Shown: positions 19,736-30,178 of the stretch, piece by piece | How positions within the stretch are numbered: position 1 is the stretch's first letter | Layout of the letters: every line of letters starts with the position of its first letter | Assembly (NCBI GenBank): GCA_963674695.2 | Contig: CAXXGI010000003.1 | Span: forward strand, 896,001-960,000 | Direction: 5' to 3' | DNA from: a bacterium | GTDB taxonomy: Bacteria; UBA10199; 2-02-FULL-44-16; JAAZCA01 | Length of the DNA stretch: 64,000 bases | Notes under the pieces: model-generated | Told to the model about the DNA's origin: nothing | What the model saw: the letters and a program-made list of their open reading frames with translations, nothing else | The model's database searches: none | Program-made: the position numbers and the translations under genes

Positions 19736-20230
19736 TCAGCACGAACAGTTGCCCGGAACGCAATCATCACCACTCTCGATGATGGAACAATTGAGGCTCT
19801 GGCTCGCACAGGTGCCCGTGATGGTGCCGCTACAACTGCCCGGGGTCAACACCACGTTCGTCGCCGTGACATTCGTGCAGCCGTCAAACTCCGTCATATT
19901 CGCCGAAACGAGGGTGCTGAAATCCGCAGAAGAGGTCATCGTGCCGCTGTAGACTTCGTTCGTGGCGGAGGTGCAATCGACAAAGGTCAGCGTTGTAGTC
20001 GCGGCATCCGCTGTCACAGAACCCCCGTTTGGGCAGTCGCAGCGGGCAACGGAAAATTCCAAACAATCCTGCATATCGTCGTTTTCCAAAATGGTGGCGA
20101 AATCCGCGAACGCAGCTTCGGCCGCGCTCTCACCCGCCGTACAGTCCGTGCTGCTTCCGCTTCCGCTGCTGCCACAGCCTGCAAGGACCACCACGGAAAT
20201 CATGCACACAACGATCGCAAATTTCTTCAT
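19736..20230 (-). CDS. Cys-rich lipoprotein, hypothetical
   Basis: MKK + hydrophobic stretch + lipobox LAGC; many Cys; SD AGGAGG. Confidence 0.8.
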   Translation of the reverse strand: MKKFAIVVCMISVVVLAGCGSSGSGSSTDCTAGESAAEAAFADFATILENDDMQDCLEFSVARCDCPNGGSVTADAATTTLTFVDCTSATNEVYSGTMTSSADFSTLVSANMTEFDGCTNVTATNVVLTPGSCSGTITGTCASQSLNCSIIESGDDCVPGNCSC

Positions 20231-20291
20231 CTCTCCCCTCCTTTTTTTGTGAGCTTTACTTATGGTGAATCAAGGCGAAGAAGTCAAATCG

Positions 20292-20372
20292 CCCTCCCCC
20301 CCCCTCACTTGACAATAATGTAAAGAAGGAAAGGAGCCGGAAAGGTCATTATTTTGGCTTTAAAGACAATTT
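20292..20372. repeat. Imperfect direct repeat, copy 1 (copy 2 at ~22979-23059)
   Basis: C-run, then CTCACTTGACAATAAT(G/A)TAAA...GAAAGG(A)GCCGGAAAGG...TTAT in both copies. Confidence 0.8.
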
Positions 20373-20398
20373 CTGGCGATGCCATCGCCTCGTCCGGC

Positions 20399-20450
20399 AG
20401 AGAACGGAGAGAGGATTCTGAGAACGGTGAACGGAAAACGGAGAGCGGAG
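20399..20450 (+). repeat. Degenerate heptamer array (GAACGGA/GAACGGT); inverted partner at 23844-23900
   Basis: GAGAACGGAGAGAGGATTCTGAGAACGGTGAACGGAAAACGGAGAGCGGAG. Confidence 0.7.
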
Positions 20451-20530
20451 ATGAGGATAAAACGATGGGACGGCGACGATACGGCGCTGCCTGCCTGCCG
20501 GCAGGATGAGGCGCCGGTAAGGCGATTGGC

Positions 20531-21040
20531 CTAGACGAAGCGTTGGAAGACGGGATGGTGGCGGGCCAGGCCCTTCTTGTCGGCGAGCCAGCCGGGTTCG
20601 AGTTCCAGGGCCATGAAGGCGTCGCCGGCCTCGGGATACTCGCAGGTGAGGCCAAACTCCCTGGCGGGGAGGAAGCCGAAAGCGGGATAGTACTCGGGAT
20701 GGCCGAACACGATCACCGCGGGGATGCCAATCTCCTTGAGTTGCTTGAGCCCCTCCTCGGTGAGCCTCTTTCCGATCCCCTTCTTCTGGTGCGAGGGCAA
20801 CACGGCCAGGGGGGCCAGGGCCACCACCTCGTGTTTCTCGCCCTCCCCCTCGATCGTCACGGGCGAGAAGAGGAGATGACCCACGATCTCCTCACCCTCC
20901 ACCGCCACGAGCGAGAGGATCACGGCCCCCTCCTCCCGCAGGGCGTCGACCAGTTGCCCTTCGACCTCACGCCCGAAGGCCAGGTCGTTGACCTTGCGGA
21001 TTGCGGGACAATCGGATGCCTTTTCTTTTCGTATTATCAT
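20531..21040 (-). CDS. GNAT family N-acetyltransferase (YhbS-like)
   Basis: LSLVAVEGEEIVGHLLFSP, LAPLAVLPSHQKKGIG, FGHPEYYPAFGF. Confidence 0.9.
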   Translation of the reverse strand: MIIRKEKASDCPAIRKVNDLAFGREVEGQLVDALREEGAVILSLVAVEGEEIVGHLLFSPVTIEGEGEKHEVVALAPLAVLPSHQKKGIGKRLTEEGLKQLKEIGIPAVIVFGHPEYYPAFGFLPAREFGLTCEYPEAGDAFMALELEPGWLADKKGLARHHPVFQRFV

Positions 21041-21095
21041 CGCAGTATCATCGCTTGATCATCGCAGTATCGTCGCTGGATCGTCGCCGTGATCC
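21036..21095 (-). repeat. 11-bp tandem repeat array (ATCATCGCAGT-like, about 5 units)
   Basis: atcatcgcagt atcatcgcttg atcatcgcagt atcgtcgctgg atcgtcgccgt; related arrays at 20460-20527, 21289-21360, 23910-23970. Confidence 0.8.
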
Positions 21096-21120
21096 GTAAT
21101 GAAGTGTCGTGTCCCCCGAA

Positions 21121-21258
21121 TTATTCCGTCACCTTTTTGCAGCTGTCGAAGATATTGTGATGCGTGGTTGTCTCGGCGGCATGGGTGAAGGTGGTGGAGA
21201 GCAGGAGGATGGTGAGAAGGACAGCTGCTCCGGAGAGGTGCTTGAGAATATTTTTCAT
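21121..21258 (-). pseudogene. 45-aa ORF, mostly signal peptide; probable truncated gene remnant
   Basis: Hand translation MKNILKHLSGAAVLLTILLLSTTFTHAAETTTHHNIFDSCKKVTE*, with SD AAGGA upstream. Confidence 0.55.
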
Positions 21259-21288
21259 AGCTCAGCATCCTTTCTTTGTTTGCTTATG

Positions 21289-21360
21289 ATCGCCCATTTT
21301 ATCGCCTTATCGTCGCAGCCTTCATCGTAGGATCATCGCGGGATCATTGCCTTACCATCA
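21289..21360 (-). repeat. Degenerate 11-bp tandem repeat array (ATC(A/G)TCGC core)
   Basis: atcgccttatcgtcgcagccttcatcgtaggatcatcgcgggatcattgccttaccatca. Confidence 0.65.
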
Positions 21361-21371
21361 CGTGTGTCTCA

Positions 21372-22502
21372 TTATTGTGATTCAACATACTTGAACGCAG
21401 CTTGTATATCATCTGTCTCGTGGCAACGTTGATATTGGCCAGCTTGATCCTTCGCCTTTTTCACAATATGTTTTAAGCCTGATTTCGACTTCTTTTGATA
21501 TATCCTCCAATGCCGGCCTTTCCATTCTGCTGCTTCATAGTATTCGCCCAAATCTTTCCAATCAGGCGTTGATGTACTTGTTAGCTTCATGAGAAATTGA
21601 AATGCCGTACTATATCTTTTGCTCGGATCTGCCTTTGTTACTTTTCCGATCATTCGTCGTATTGATGGAGAATAATACGGTTTCGGAGATACACCGTGCT
21701 TAAGAAGCTTCTCCTTTAACGTAAGTTCGGCGAGGCTTTCGCGAATAGCTACTGTCTGTTCATATTGACTCAGAGTTCGATATTCCCTTCCATTATTTCG
21801 AAGTTTTCTTAGGACTGATTTAGTTAAGTAATGTTCATCACTAGTAGGCATCGGACCATTTACAAGCTGATATAATATGAGACCTACCTGATAAAGGTCA
21901 GAGGAAATAGTGTAATGTTGAGAGTGCCACGCTTCAGAAGGGACATAGAGGTCAGAGTGCTTGGATGCATGAACATATTCAGCATCATCAGGCATCCTAC
22001 AAATGGAACCAAAGTCGGCAATTTTTGGTACGTCTCCATCCAGAAGGATATTATCTGGTTTTAGATCTCGATGAAGAAGCTTTTCTCGATGTAAATGTTC
22101 GACTCCATGTAATATATTTATCGCAATCCGAACGGCCTCCTGCTGGCCAACCATATCTTTTTCGATAACTTCCTGTAAGCTATCACCAGCTATCAATTCC
22201 ATCTGCAACAACACGTAGTCATCACCGTTTACCTTTATAGTCTCCACGTCATAAAGCTTAACAATATTTTGTGATACGGGCTCAGCTTCTATAGCTTGTC
22301 TCAACGCCCTTGGTTCTCTAAATATCAACTCATCATCTTCCTTAGGCAGATAAATAGCCTTTAAAAATCTAGGCTGCTGCAGATGAATATGCTGGGCTTT
22401 GTAAGAATATGAATTAGATCCACATGGCACATCATCAAGAGAGTCATACTTCCCAAGACGTTCAACTGCATCTTTTATTGCTTTTTTCGTCTCAACACTC
22501 AT
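21372..22502 (-). CDS. Serine/threonine protein kinase (Hanks-type), low GC
   Basis: FLKAI (Lys), REP (alphaC Glu), HRDLKPDN, DFG, SDLYQVG. Start MSVET overlaps the upstream stop as ATGA. Confidence 0.9.
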   Translation of the reverse strand: MSVETKKAIKDAVERLGKYDSLDDVPCGSNSYSYKAQHIHLQQPRFLKAIYLPKEDDELIFREPRALRQAIEAEPVSQNIVKLYDVETIKVNGDDYVLLQMELIAGDSLQEVIEKDMVGQQEAVRIAINILHGVEHLHREKLLHRDLKPDNILLDGDVPKIADFGSICRMPDDAEYVHASKHSDLYVPSEAWHSQHYTISSDLYQVGLILYQLVNGPMPTSDEHYLTKSVLRKLRNNGREYRTLSQYEQTVAIRESLAELTLKEKLLKHGVSPKPYYSPSIRRMIGKVTKADPSKRYSTAFQFLMKLTSTSTPDWKDLGEYYEAAEWKGRHWRIYQKKSKSGLKHIVKKAKDQAGQYQRCHETDDIQAAFKYVESQ

Positions 22503-22948
22503 GACAGAGTGCACCATGCGCAAATTGCCGCTTTATACAAATATGCCGGCTCGATAGCTACATCATTGTTAAATGCCTTCTCAAAAGAACTGCCAGTCTC
22601 AGCGCTGATTTTTCGTTTTATAGCTGCAGCAATTGTTTGCGGCGATATGAGTTTGCATGCTATATTCAGTTCATGACAAGCCAACTCAGTGACTAATTCA
22701 CACTTTACCCTGAGTGGCTTACAAGCCTGAGTTGATTTAATGATGCCGACAACGTCGATCTGTTGAGAAGATAGTATTTCCTTAATTAGTTTTTGTAATT
22801 GTATCAAATTACCAACATCAGATTGTTCGGACTTGGGGAAGGTTATCTTTTTATCTGATAAGAAAAAAGTTCGCCCTTTTGATCTCTCCCCTTCAAGGCC
22901 GATCAATTGAAGATTATTTGAAACAATTTCTATGCCGAGTGTTCTCAT
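22499..22948 (-). CDS. DUF3010-like small RNase H-fold protein, low GC
   Basis: MRTLGIEI N-terminal strand, IDVVGI, VKCE, LISPQTIAAAIKR resemble DUF3010 (RuvC/YqgF-like); SD GGAGG. Confidence 0.6.
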   Translation of the reverse strand: MRTLGIEIVSNNLQLIGLEGERSKGRTFFLSDKKITFPKSEQSDVGNLIQLQKLIKEILSSQQIDVVGIIKSTQACKPLRVKCELVTELACHELNIACKLISPQTIAAAIKRKISAETGSSFEKAFNNDVAIEPAYLYKAAICAWCTLS

Positions 22949-22978
22949 GATCTCCTCCCATAGATGAAGCTCACCCTA

Positions 22979-23059
22979 CCCCCTCCCCCCTCACTTGACA
23001 ATAATATAAATAGGGGAAAGGGCCGGAAAGGGCGTTATATTCGATTTGAGGGCCATTTT
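22979..23059. repeat. Imperfect direct repeat, copy 2 (copy 1 at ~20292-20372)
   Basis: ccctcccccctcacttgacaataatataaataggggaaagggccggaaagggcgttat. Confidence 0.8.
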
Positions 23060-23064
23060 GGCCC

Positions 23065-23400
23065 TCATTTCATGAGGGCCCATAGCATTTTGCTGATGGC
23101 TTCGAGCTGCGATTTGCGCGCCTGCGTCTGCGCATGCCCCGGCAAACCGAAGGCCTTCCAGAGATCAAGACAGGCTGCGACTTCAGCCGCGGATGCTCTC
23201 GCGATTCGGAAGAACCGGCGACGTTCTGCAGGAGAAGCCTTTGCATTCCCCTCGGCGATATTCAGAACAATGGATGCCATCGCCCGTTTGAGCTGATCGG
23301 TGAGATAGCCGTAGCCCCTCGGCCACTTGGCAACTTCTTTGCTGAGGTCCTCTGCCATCTTTACCGACCGCCCGTAACATTCCAGCTTTTCGTGAAGCAT
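23065..23400 (-). CDS. Four-helix-bundle protein (23S rRNA IVS protein/bAvd-like family)
   Basis: MLHEKLEC...LTDQLKRAMASIVLNIAEGNAK...RRFFRIARASAAEVAACLDL; SD GGAGG. The track ORF from 23592 is over-extended. Confidence 0.9.
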   Translation of the reverse strand: MLHEKLECYGRSVKMAEDLSKEVAKWPRGYGYLTDQLKRAMASIVLNIAEGNAKASPAERRRFFRIARASAAEVAACLDLWKAFGLPGHAQTQARKSQLEAISKMLWALMK

Positions 23401-23406
23401 TTGAAA

Positions 23407-23480
23407 CCTCCTCTGAATTGGTTTTTGTGTCGTCCTCCTACCCGGGCGAGAGGACGACACAAAAACCAATTCAAAGGAGG
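23407..23480. repeat. Near-perfect palindrome (31-bp arms, 12-nt centre) carrying both Shine-Dalgarno sites
   Basis: CCTCCTCTGAATTGGTTTTTGTGTCGTCCTC-CTACCCGGGCGA-GAGGACGACACAAAAACCAATTCAAAGGAGG; arms 30/31 complementary. Confidence 0.95.
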
Positions 23481-23484
23481 AGAT

Positions 23485-23820
23485 ATGAATCACGAAAAGC
23501 TGGAATGTTGCAAGCAGTTGATGAGCGTCGCAGAGGACCTTGCAAAGAAGGTCGCCAAGTGGCCGAAGGGCAATGGTTTCCTGGCAGACCAACTCAAACG
23601 GGCGATGACCTCATCCATTCTCAACCTCGCCGAGGGCAATGGCAAGCGCGCCTCCAGCGCCGAGCGCCGGCGGTTCTTCGAAATCGCGCGGGGCTCTATC
23701 GCTGAGGTCATGGCCTGTCTGGATCTGGGGAAAGCTTTCGGGCTGCTCGAACAGAGCGAGCAGGAGCGATTCAAATCACTGCTCAAGGCGGCTTATGTCA
23801 AAATCGGGGCTCTGCCGTAG
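23485..23820 (+). CDS. Four-helix-bundle protein (23S rRNA IVS protein/bAvd-like family)
   Basis: MNHEKLEC...LADQLKRAMTSSILNLAEGNGK...RRFFEIARGSIAEVMACLDL; SD AGGAGG. Confidence 0.9.
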   Translation: MNHEKLECCKQLMSVAEDLAKKVAKWPKGNGFLADQLKRAMTSSILNLAEGNGKRASSAERRRFFEIARGSIAEVMACLDLGKAFGLLEQSEQERFKSLLKAAYVKIGALP

Positions 23821-23843
23821 AGTCCCGCTCTCTTCGTTCCCAG

Positions 23844-23900
23844 CTCCGTTCACCGTTTACTGTTCACCGTTCTCGGGCTCTGTGCTCTGTTCTCCCTTCT
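23844..23900 (-). repeat. Degenerate heptamer array (CCGTTCA/CCGTTCT), inverted relative to 20399-20450
   Basis: ctccgttcaccgtttactgttcaccgttctcgggctctgtgctctgttctc. Confidence 0.7.
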
Positions 23901-23909
23901 CTCGGGAAC

Positions 23910-23970
23910 TGCGATGGTAAGGCGATGGTGAAGCGATGACAGAGCGATGATACATCGATGATACAGCGAT
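23910..23970 (+). repeat. 11-bp tandem repeat array (GCGATGRTAxx, about 6 units)
   Basis: gcgatggtaag gcgatggtgaa gcgatgacaga gcgatgataca tcgatgataca gcgat. Confidence 0.8.
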
Positions 23971-23972
23971 TC

Positions 23973-24012
23973 AAAACAAGGAAACCCCCATGGATTTCTC
24001 CATGGGGGTTTC
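23973..24012 (-). terminator. rRNA operon terminator
   Basis: GAAACCCCCATGGA-tttc-TCCATGGGGGTTTC hairpin just 3' of 5S, followed by CTTGTTTT on the minus strand. Confidence 0.85.
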
Positions 24013-24020
24013 AAATTAAA

Positions 24021-24137
<117 letters not shown>

Positions 24138-24417
24138 AATCGTAATCTCCGTTGAACGAAGATAATAATAACAAAGAGTTTTCAAGTATTCATTTCGCGA
24201 TTCGACATCGAATGAGGCCTCCCTACATGCCTGCTCTCCGCCTTGCATATGACGGATCCTTCCACTGCCCGCCCCCGAAGGGACGGACAGAAAAATTATT
24301 GATCAAGCCGAACGGTCGATTAGTACGGGTAAGCTTCACACATTGCTGTGCTTCCACACCCCGCCTATCAATCTCGTAGTCTTCGAGTGACCTTCAGGGA
24401 GATCTTATCTTAGGGGC

Positions 24418-24450
<33 letters not shown>

Positions 24451-24508
24451 GTTCCACACATAGCTATCCGGCTGTGCCACTGGCGTGACAACCGGTGCAC
24501 TAGAGGTG

Positions 24509-24540
<32 letters not shown>

Positions 24541-24558
24541 CTCCCTTCAAATCTCCTA

Positions 24559-24653
<95 letters not shown>

Positions 24654-24656
24654 ATA

Positions 24657-24697
<41 letters not shown>

Positions 24698-24728
24698 GCA
24701 TCGTCGATGTGAACTCTTGGATGCGATA

Positions 24729-24759
<31 letters not shown>

Positions 24760-25215
24760 ATGAGCGACGGCCCGTCCACGTGGAACCGCCGGATCACTAT
24801 GACCTGCTTTCGCACCTGCTCGACTTGTAAGTCTCGCAGTCAAGCTCCCTTTTGCCATTACACTCGACGGCTGGTTTCCAATCAGCCTGAGGGAACCTTC
24901 GCGCGCCTCCGGTACTTTTTGGGAGGCAACCGCCCCAGTCAAACTACCCACCAGACAGTGTCCTTCTCCCGGATTACGGGAGGAAGTTAGAATTCCAGAA
25001 TGATCAGGGTGGTATTTCAAGGATGGCTCCACCGAAGCTAGCGCCCCAGTTTCAAAGCCTCCCACCTATCCTACACAAACCAACCCGAAATCCACTGCCA
25101 AGCTATAGTAAAGGTGCACAGGGTCTTTCCGTCCTGCCGCGGGTAGACAGTATCTGCACTGTCAATACAATTTCGCTGAGTCTCTTGTTGAGACAGTGTG
25201 GCAATCGTTACGCCA

Positions 25216-25299
<84 letters not shown>

Positions 25300-26005
25300 G
25301 TTCACTGCTTCGCATCCGAAGATGCTAACAACTTGCCTTAACCTTCCGGCACCGGGCAGGCGTCAGCCCCTATACGTCGTCTTGCGACTTTGCAGAGGCC
25401 TGTGTTTTTGATAAACAGTCGTCGCCACCTGGTATCTGCGACCCTCGGCCGCTCCACCCGTAAAGGGTTTCACCGCTAAGGGCATGCCTTCTCCCGAAGT
25501 TACGGCATCAACTTGCAGAGTTCCTTAACAAGAGTTCTCTCAAGCGCCTTGGGCTTCTCGCCCCGCCTACGTGTGTCCGTTTGCGGTACGGGCACCCCTG
25601 ACATCACGTCGAAGCTTTTCTTGGAAGCAGGAATCAGCCACTTTATGGGCAAATGCCCTCGTCATCACGCCTTAGGATTGACAACCGGATTTTCCTGGCT
25701 GCCTCCCTATACGTTTAAACCACCATCCAATAGGTGGATGACCTGCCCCGCTCCGTCCCTCCGACGCATAACATGCCAGAAGTGGTACAGGAATATTAAC
25801 CTGTTGACCATCGCCTACTCCCTTGGGACTCGGCTTAGGTCCCGACTAACCCTGGGCGGATTAACCTTCCCCAGGAAACCTTAGGCTTACGGCGAGCACG
25901 TTTCTCACGTGCTTTATCGCTACTTATGTCAGCATAAGCTCTTCCGATACCTCCAGCCGTCCTCGCAGTCGACCTTCACAGGCGTACGGAATGCTCCCCT
26001 ACCGC

Positions 26006-26168
26006 TCGTGCTCCGCACGAAAAAATCCTAAATTCTAAATCCAAATATCGAAACAAATCCTAAACTCCAATGACGAATGCCCAAAAACATTGGACATTGA
26101 ATATTCGTCATGAGGATTTGTTTTGGATTTCGGATTGAGTCATTAGAATTTATTCGTGCGAAGCACGA
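26006..26168 (-). other. Intervening sequence in 23S helix 45
   Basis: ~163-nt AT-rich hairpin between conserved GCTCCCCTACC and CCGCAGCTTCGG, where a ~20-nt helix normally lies; closing stem TCGTGCTCCGCACGAA/TTCGTGCGAAGCACGA. Confidence 0.88.
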
Positions 26169-26218
26169 ACCCGCAGCTTCGGCAGATAACTTGAGCCCCG
26201 TTGAATTTTCGGCGCAGA

Positions 26219-26283
<65 letters not shown>

Positions 26284-26409
26284 TTGTCTGTGCGCTTCCA
26301 CATCCTTTCCCACTTAGTTATCATTTGGGGGCCTTAGCTGGCGGTCTGGGCTGTTTCCCTCTCGACTACGGACTTTAGCACCCGCAGTCTGCCTCCCGAG
26401 CATTACTTC

Positions 26410-26447
<38 letters not shown>

Positions 26448-26448
26448 A

Positions 26449-26480
<32 letters not shown>

Positions 26481-27094
26481 GAGTATTCACTCGAGGCTAT
26501 ACCTCAATATATTTCGGGGAGAACCAGCTATCTCCAGGTTTGATTGGCCTTTCACCCCTATCCACAGTTCATCCGAGGATTTTTCAACATCCACCGGTTC
26601 GGACCTTCACGCAGTTTTACCTGCGCTTCATCCTGACCATGGATAGATCACACTGGTTTCGGGTCTACTCCCGGCAACTCAATCGCCCTATTCAGACTCG
26701 CTTTCGCTACGGCTACACCTTAACGGCTTAACCTTGCTGCCGAAAGTAACTCGCTGACTCATAATGCAAAAGGCACGCGGTCAGGCATTCCAGACCGAAG
26801 TCTGGCATAGCCCTCCCACTGCTTGTAGGCATGCGGTTTCAGGTTCTATTTCACTCCCCACCAGGGGTGCTTTTCACCTTTCCCTCACGGTACTAGTTCG
26901 CTATCGGTCGTTCGGTAGTATTTAGCCTTGGATGGTGGTCCACCCGGATTCCCACAGGATTTCTCGTGTCCCGTGGTACTTGGGATACTGCTAGAGTGTT
27001 CTTCGGTTTCGGTTACGCGGCTATCACGCCCTATGGCCGACCTTTCCAGATCGTTCACCTACCGTCGAACATCCCATGTTGCAGTCCCGCAACC

Positions 27095-27201
27095 CCCTGA
27101 CTACAGTTCAAAGTTTAAAGTTGAAAGTTGAAAGGAAGATCGTGATCATCAACGAAATTCCTTTAAACTTTTTTCCTTTTAACCTTCAACTGTAGTCAGG
27201 G
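27095..27201 (-). other. Hairpin insertion (IVS-like) in the 23S domain I variable region, ~275 nt from the 5' end
   Basis: Stem CCCTGACTACAGTT/AACTGTAGTCAGGG enclosing GTTCAAA GTTTAAA GTTGAAA GTTGAAA heptamers and their complements. Confidence 0.8.
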
Positions 27202-27590
27202 TTTAGGCTGTTCCCCGTTCGCTCGCCGCTACTAGGGGAATCTCATTTTGATGTCTTTTCCTGCAGGTACTAAGATGGTTCAGTTCCCTGCGTTTGCCCC
27301 ATACGCCTATGTATTCAGCGCACAGTACCTGCCTATGAAAGCAGGTGGGTTGCCCCATTCGGAAATTCCCGGATCACAGTTTCCTTAGCAACTCCCCGAG
27401 ACTTATCGCAGCTAGGCACGTCCTTCATCGCCTCCGAACGCCAAGGCATCCGCCACACGCCCTTAATAACTTGACCAAAAGCCTAACCGATGATCGAAAT
27501 CATCGGAACCTGGCATTGTTTGAGAGACCTCATTCGAAATTGAATCGCGAATACTTTTCTCTTCTTTATGAAATTGTCAATGAGCTGACT

Positions 27591-27681
27591 TCAGTTAAAT
27601 GTTCAAAGCTAGAAGTTCAAAGGCTCTCGTACACGTGCTGTCACATTCCCTTTCAACTTCTAACGTTCAACATTTTACTGA
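27591..27681. repeat. Heptamer-repeat hairpin in the ITS (tRNA-Ala to 23S)
   Basis: tcagttaaatgttcaaagctagaagttcaaagg ... cctttcaacttctaacgttcaacattttactga. Confidence 0.8.
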
Positions 27682-27688
27682 CTTCAAG

Positions 27689-27761
27689 TGGAGCCAGCCG
27701 GGATCGAACCGGCGACATCCAGCTTGCAAAGCTGGCGCTCTCCCAGCTGAGCTATGGCCCC
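27689..27761 (-). tRNA. tRNA-Ala(TGC)
   Basis: GGGGCCATAGCTCAGCTGGGAGAGCGCCAGCTTTGCAAGCTGGATGTCGCCGGTTCGATCCCGGCTGGCTCCA; CCA tail not fully encoded. Confidence 0.97.
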
Positions 27762-27878
27762 TTTTCTGAAAAAGAACAAAAATTCTTCCCGAAGAACGAA
27801 CCGCGAAAAACGAATAACGAAATTTGGCGGCCATCGTCCTTCGTTCTTCGGGAAAATTTGGCTGCCGCCAAATTTTTG

Positions 27879-27952
<74 letters not shown>

Positions 27953-27957
27953 GACAA

Positions 27958-28071
27958 GCAGTTTAAAGTTAAAAGCCTAAAGTTGAAAGGAACACCTAGC
28001 TTTATGTCTCTTAACTTTAAACGGGCCGACCTGGTTTCCCTTTTCACTTTCCACTTTCAACTTTCAACTGC
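27958..28071. repeat. Heptamer-repeat hairpin in the ITS (16S to tRNA-Ile)
   Basis: gcagtttaaagttaaaagcctaaagttgaaagg ... ccttttcactttccactttcaactttcaactgc. Confidence 0.8.
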
Positions 28072-28161
28072 CATTCCTGCTCCCTCAAAACTGAATAGCG
28101 GATTACATCATGAACTTGATTTGACCGGGTTGTGTTCGCCTACCCGAAGGCAAGCAAGACA

Positions 28162-29727
<1,566 letters not shown>

Positions 29728-29846
29728 ATCTGGATGTGCCGTCAGATCCCGAAGGATCCATCGACACGGAATTTTAGTTTCACACCACTTTCCGAAGAAA
29801 GCGGTGAGCCCATTCAAGCTTTGATGCATTTCTATCCGCTATTCAG

Positions 29847-29859
29847 TTTTCAAAGAGCA
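29847..29859 (-). promoter_or_regulatory. rrn leader boxA antiterminator
   Basis: TGCTCTTTGAAAA on the minus strand, upstream of 16S. Confidence 0.75.
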
Positions 29860-29980
29860 GCTTTCAGACACAAAGACCACCTGCCGCCCCTACAAACACC
29901 CCTTCAGGGACATCGCAAGTGATCGAGATGACAGGAGATTTTGTCCTGCCGGGGGTATCCCCCCTCAAAGCGTGAGGGGG

Positions 29981-30009
29981 GTTCTACAGAAGTCCCCTGC
30001 TGGTGTCAA
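29981..30009 (-). promoter_or_regulatory. sigma70 promoter of the rRNA operon
   Basis: TTGACA-17 bp-TAGAAC followed by a C-rich discriminator. Confidence 0.7.
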
Positions 30010-30178
30010 CATGCATTTCCCTCAAAAAACACTTTTTTTTCGAGGCCCCCACATTCCCATCTCAATGCAATTCTTCCCTCTTTTTCAAAGCGTTACCGCC
30101 TATACTTCATACATCCTCTTTCAGGATGTGCCCTTCTCATATGCGTTTTATTTTCGACAAGTCAAGGTCGAGGGGCAT

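Noticed and set aside
20292-23059. Direct repeat read as a sigma70 promoter, integron attC or prophage att site
   Set aside because: TTGACA has no -10 box at 16-18 bp on the plus strand; no RYYYAAC/GTTRRRY attC structure; no integrase nearby. Kept only as an unexplained repeat.
23065-23820. Diversity-generating retroelement (the proteins are Avd-like)
   Set aside because: No reverse transcriptase and no TR/VR pair differing at adenines seen in this window
24170-24235. Complementarity between the 23S-5S spacer and ~27510-27560
   Set aside because: Ordinary RNase III processing stem flanking 23S
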